Origin: Propionibacteriales bacterium
GTDB taxonomy: Bacteria; Actinomycetota; Actinomycetes; Propionibacteriales; Nocardioidaceae
Assembly: GCA_038198965.1 (NCBI GenBank)
Contig: JBBPZH010000018.1
Location: forward strand, 6,209 to 70,208
DNA length: 64,000 nucleotides
Direction: 5' to 3'
The notes under the pieces were generated by a model that ran no database searches, had not been told where the DNA came from, and saw only the letters and a program-made list of their open reading frames with translations. Shown here in pieces: positions 60,505-64,000 of this stretch (within the stretch, counting starts at the first letter, position 1; every line of letters starts with the position of its first letter). The translations under genes were made by a program, and so were the position numbers.

Positions 60505-60993
60505 ATGGCGGGCATGGCCAAGGAGCGCGGGCGCAAGCTGATTTCGTCGAACCGCAAGGCCCGCCACCAGTACACGATCGAGGACGTCTTCGAGGCCGGA
60601 CTCGTGCTGACTGGCACAGAGGTCAAGTCGCTGCGCGCCGGCCGGGTGACGCTGGGCGACGCGTTCGCGGAGATCATCGACGGCGAGGTGTGGTTGCACG
60701 GCGCCCACATCCCGGAGTACTTGCAAGGGACCTGGACCAATCACGCGCCGCGACGCAAGCGCAAGCTGCTGTTGCACAGGGCCGAGATCGACCGGATGGC
60801 GACCCGAGTCAACGAGCGGGGACTGACCGTCGTGCCGCTCTCGATGTACTTCGTCGACGGCCGCGCCAAGGTGGAACTCGCACTGGCCCGGGGAAAGAGG
60901 ACCTACGACAAGCGGCAGGCTATCGCCACCCGTGACGCGCAGCGGGAAGCCCAGCGCGAGCTCGGCCGCCGCGCCAAGGGCCTCACGAGCTGA
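60505..60993 (+). CDS. smpB: SsrA-binding protein
   Basis: [34 protein letters not shown]...[11 protein letters not shown]...VVPLSMYF. Confidence 0.93.
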   Translation: MAGMAKERGRKLISSNRKARHQYTIEDVFEAGLVLTGTEVKSLRAGRVTLGDAFAEIIDGEVWLHGAHIPEYLQGTWTNHAPRRKRKLLLHRAEIDRMATRVNERGLTVVPLSMYFVDGRAKVELALARGKRTYDKRQAIATRDAQREAQRELGRRAKGLTS

Positions 60994-61051
60994 GCCTGCT
61001 GTTCGGAGTTGTCAGGGTGAGCCGTCGGGACGGCGTCCACTACGCGCTGCC

Positions 61052-61112
61052 TCGGTTTGTGACGCCGTCGTTTGTTCGAAGGCGGGACCGCCACAACGGC
61101 GTCACAAACCGA
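61052..61112. repeat. 17-bp perfect inverted repeat (hairpin) between smpB and ssrA
   Basis: TCGGTTTGTGACGCCGT (61052-68) and ACGGCGTCACAAACCGA (61096-112) with a 27-nt loop. Confidence 0.8.
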
Positions 61113-61218
61113 ACCCTCGCAGCCGCTTCGGGGCGATTCGTGAGGACAACAGAGGGAATCTCTGGTGCGGTGTGTCGGTTGCAACGGGTAGCCTGAACAG
61201 GCACAACACAACTCAACA

Positions 61219-61591
61219 GGGGCTGAACGGTTTCGACTTTGGTCGTTGCAACCAAGAGAAGCGAGCCGAGGATCCAAGGTCAACTCGTAAACGATCCCTT
61301 GGAAAACCAATAAGTGCCAACGCAAAGCGCACTGACTTCGCCCTCGCCGCCTGAGGCGACTAGGTGAAGGGTCGGTCTGGAACTGCCTCCGGTCCAGTAA
61401 CCGGCCTCACTGAGGAGGCTTGCTGTTGATCCCTGGTCGCTGGGGATCGGCGGGACTTCATCAGCGGCTGAGCCCGTCGGCGATGTGTCTGCTCAAGCGC
61501 CGGGGCTGAGAAAAGCGTCATGCAGACTGCGCTCGGAGAAGGCTTGGTTCAGCGTCAGAGGACCCGGGTTCGATTCCCGGCAGCTCCACCA
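61219..61591 (+). ncRNA. ssrA: transfer-messenger RNA (tmRNA)
   Basis: 5' GGGGCTGAACGGTTTCGAC; tag reading frame GCC AAC GCA AAG CGC ACT GAC TTC GCC CTC GCC GCC TGA (61316-61354), giving ANAKRTDFALAA; 3' GGACCCGGGTTCGATTCCCGGCAGCTCCACCA. Located directly downstream of smpB. Confidence 0.95.
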
Positions 61592-61825
61592 CCAAACCAA
61601 GGGGTGTTCACGGTTTTCGGCCGTGCATGCTCACGTAATTCGCGTCTGACGGGCTTCTCGGCCCGTTCGGGCGCGTTTCTGCGTGTTTACGCCTGGTGGG
61701 CCCGGCGGTGTGGCCGTCACGGGCGTCTGCGATCTCTGTGTCGCGTCTGGCGACAGCGCTTGGCCGCTTTGAACGCGTCCGTGAGGCGCGCCTGGACAGC
61801 CGGATGTCGCTTGAGTGGTGTCGGT

Positions 61826-62614
61826 GGCTCTGTTGCGTTGTCTGATCGGAGGCAGAGTTGAGCCCTGCTGTCGCTGGTCAGATGGCGAGTGCGAGTTCTT
61901 CAAAGGCCGTCAGCAGCCGTTGGTGGGCTGGCTCGTCGGTGGCGATGTCGTAGTGGCCGCGGCGCAGGTTCTGCACGAACGCGTGACCCGCGGCGAGGAT
62001 CCGAGCTGAGCGAAACGTCTTGAGGCCACGCATCGGTCGAAGCCGAGCTTTGAGACGACCATGGTCGGTTTCGACTCGGTTGTTCGCATACTGCTTGGTG
62101 TCGTGCAGGGCGCCGGGGACAAGCTCGTCCAGGACGCGCGGGTAAGCCGGCGCCCGATCCGTGGTCACCTCCACCGGCATGGACCCAGTCGCGAGTGCCC
62201 GGGTGAAGAACGTCCGGGCGGCAGGCAAATCACGCCGGGCGGACAGCCACACGTCGATCACCTGCCCAAACTGGTCAACCGCCCGGTACAGGTACGTCCA
62301 CCGGCCGTTGACCTTGACGTACGTCTCGTCCACGAACCAGCGATCACCGGTGGCATGACGACATGAGCGTGCCGACTCGACGAACTCGGGCGTGAAGCGC
62401 TCGACCACCGGTAGATGATGACGTGATCGACCGTGACACCACGCTCAGCAAGCAGCTCCTCAACATCACGGTAGGACAGGCCGTACCGCAGGTACCACCG
62501 CACCGCCACCGAAATCACCTCCCGAGGGAACCGGAAGCCGATGAACACGGAGGGAGAAGACGAGGTCATCGGATCAGTGTCGCGCCCGACCTGATCGATC
62601 TACGCAACAGTGCC
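61826..62614 (-). mobile_element. IS6-family insertion sequence (789 bp) with a disrupted transposase
   Basis: Terminal IRs GGCTCTGTTGCGTTG (61826-) and the reverse complement of 62600-62614, GGCACTGTTGCGTAG (13/15). Both match the IS6100/IS26-type GGC(T/A)CTGTTGC end. Confidence 0.8.
61878..62569 (-). pseudogene. IS6-family transposase, -1 frameshift after ...VDHVIIYRW
   Basis: The N-terminal ORF (62569-62258: FRFPREVISVAVRWYLRYGLSYRDVEELLAERGVTVDHVIIYRW) continues in another frame (62408-61878: VERFTPEFVE...FVDETYVKVNG...). TGG TCG AGC lacks one G compared with the expected TGG GTC GAG. Confidence 0.8.
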
Positions 62615-62744
62615 CTCCGGACTCGCTCGGGACGGCTCAGCCGTCGGGTGCTGAGTACGCCGTGTTGACGGGCAAGATCAAAACTTGTCAGGAGCGTACC
62701 GGCGATCTGGGCATCCAGAAGTCAGCGACTTCGCCGTCCTGCTG

Positions 62745-64000
62745 TCAAAGGCCTGTTTGCAATGCCCGCCAGGTGGATGCCTTGACCGTTCCGTCAACGG
62801 TGAGGTTGTGAGTGGTCTGGTAGGTCTTGACCGCTTGTCGTGTTCGGCGGCCGAAGCTGCCGTTGACGGCCAGGGTCTGCCCGAGTGAAGCCGTAAGGGC
62901 GCGCTGCAGCTTCGACACTGCCTTGCCGGCGGATCCCATCTGCAGGATCGGTGTTCGCCCTGCCGACAGGAGAGCGGTCCACGGTCGAGAGCCGAGGGTT
63001 GAGTTCGGCACCAAATCGTGTGAGGACTTGAATGTGCTGATCGCGGCGCCCGTGCTTGTGTCCACCGTCCCGGTGATCGCACCGGAGTAGAAGCCGCGGC
63101 TGGTCAGCAGGCATTGCGCGGCGAGCACAACTGCTCCCTTGCTCCCCGGCCGCAGCGTTGGATAGGCGGTGAAGTTCAGGTTCGTCGGACATCCGTGCTT
63201 CACCGCTGCCGCGGAACCCACGTCGAGGAAGTCTCGGTCGATGGACATTCGGTAACCGCCGTAGCTCTCCGACACGTTGCCGGCGAACTGGTGAATGCGT
63301 TGGTGATTGCGCCACTGCGTGGCGGGCGCGTAGGGACCGCTGTTGACGTCGGCGGCGTCGTTCCACCACGCCAGCCAGATGGAGTCAGGTCTGATGTACA
63401 CCGGGGAGTTGTACGACGTTGAGAGGTCCCTGATACCCGACGATGCGCTGGAGTAGACACCGGACCGGTACCCATTGCCATGGAGGACGTGTGTCCACCC
63501 CGACAGGTAGTTCAAGACCGCGGTGACGCATGCGGAGTTCGTGCTGTCGTAACCCTCGATGTCTGAGTAGAGGGTGCTGTGGGGTGCGATGCCGAGTGCG
63601 CCTGCCTTCGCCACCGCATCGCGGCCTTCGATGCGCCCTTGAGCGCGCGCCGTCGCTGCGTCGTACGACGTCCGGTTGTAGAAGCTCGTGCACGGTGCTT
63701 GCAAGCCGACGTACGTCGGGATCAGGTGCCAGCCAGACGCCACCTGGTGGGACACCCAGTTGGGTGTGAGCTGGGGCTGACCGCAGCCGCGGTTCACCCC
63801 GCCGATGTAGACACCGACGGCGCGGTACGGAGAAGCGATCCGCCAGGCGTGCATCGCTGATTGCGATGGTGCCGTGCAGGCGTCGAAGCCTTGGCCTAGA
63901 TACCTGCCTGGGGAAGTCACCGTTGCCGGGGCGGCCGGCGCTGCGGACACCGACCGGAGCGTCGTCGTTTTCGCGCTGGCTGCGACGCGGCCACTGGCGA
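62745..64000 (-). CDS. DUF1906 (Rv2525c-like glycoside-hydrolase fold) protein with two C-terminal peptidoglycan-binding repeats; 5' end outside the window
   Basis: GFDACTAPSQSAMHAW...YRAVGVYIGG... is the DUF1906 core. Two PG_binding_1-like repeats follow (GSKGAVVLAAQCLL..., GSAGKAVSKLQRAL...TVDGTVKASTWRAL). The frame is open to nt 64000. Confidence 0.7.
   Translation of the reverse strand, partial: ASGRVAASAKTTTLRSVSAAPAAPATVTSPGRYLGQGFDACTAPSQSAMHAWRIASPYRAVGVYIGGVNRGCGQPQLTPNWVSHQVASGWHLIPTYVGLQAPCTSFYNRTSYDAATARAQGRIEGRDAVAKAGALGIAPHSTLYSDIEGYDSTNSACVTAVLNYLSGWTHVLHGNGYRSGVYSSASSGIRDLSTSYNSPVYIRPDSIWLAWWNDAADVNSGPYAPATQWRNHQRIHQFAGNVSESYGGYRMSIDRDFLDVGSAAAVKHGCPTNLNFTAYPTLRPGSKGAVVLAAQCLLTSRGFYSGAITGTVDTSTGAAISTFKSSHDLVPNSTLGSRPWTALLSAGRTPILQMGSAGKAVSKLQRALTASLGQTLAVNGSFGRRTRQAVKTYQTTHNLTVDGTVKASTWRALQTGL

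Noticed and set aside
61592-61640. Small hairpin CACGG-ttttcgg-CCGTG after the tmRNA as an ssrA terminator.
   Set aside because: The stem is only 5 bp and has no following U-tract, which is too weak to call.

Overview
High-G+C actinobacterial chromosome segment with about 60 genes. From my memory of the M. tuberculosis map, the first half is collinear with Rv3276c-Rv3240c: purK-purE, fadE25-like, an LCP/galactofuranose glycopolymer locus, fbiA-fbiB, whiB2, pmmA-like, ahcY, mtrA-mtrB-lpqB, comF-like, hpf and secA. The second half carries a SAF/CpaE-like pair, ku, pruA, kynA, the large NAD-glutamate dehydrogenase, prfB, ftsE-ftsX plus an M23 hydrolase, and smpB-ssrA (tmRNA). Two mobile elements are visible directly in the sequence. 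(1) A 5,078-bp IS1595-family transposon (35071-40148) has 25-bp inverted repeats (24/25 identical) and an 8-bp target duplication (CTAGTGCC). It carries six passenger ORFs: a beta-class DNA methyltransferase fused to an Mrr-like PD-(D/E)xK domain, a 2-TM protein, a tightly coupled trio of small ORFs, a coiled-coil/wHTH protein with an operator-like repeat, and a tRNA-like remnant. This is the best candidate for an undescribed, possibly defence or epigenetic, mobile module. (2) A 789-bp IS6-family element with a frameshifted transposase lies just downstream of the tmRNA gene. Other notable points are a perfect in-frame 36-bp x3 tandem repeat inside ahcY, an FbiB without the nitroreductase-type C-terminal domain, an ABC permease whose only ATG is 1 nt out of frame, a frameshifted TIGR03086-type gene, and a 17-bp perfect hairpin between smpB and ssrA. 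No rRNA, canonical tRNA or CRISPR array was seen. All family assignments come from reading the supplied translations, with no database search.
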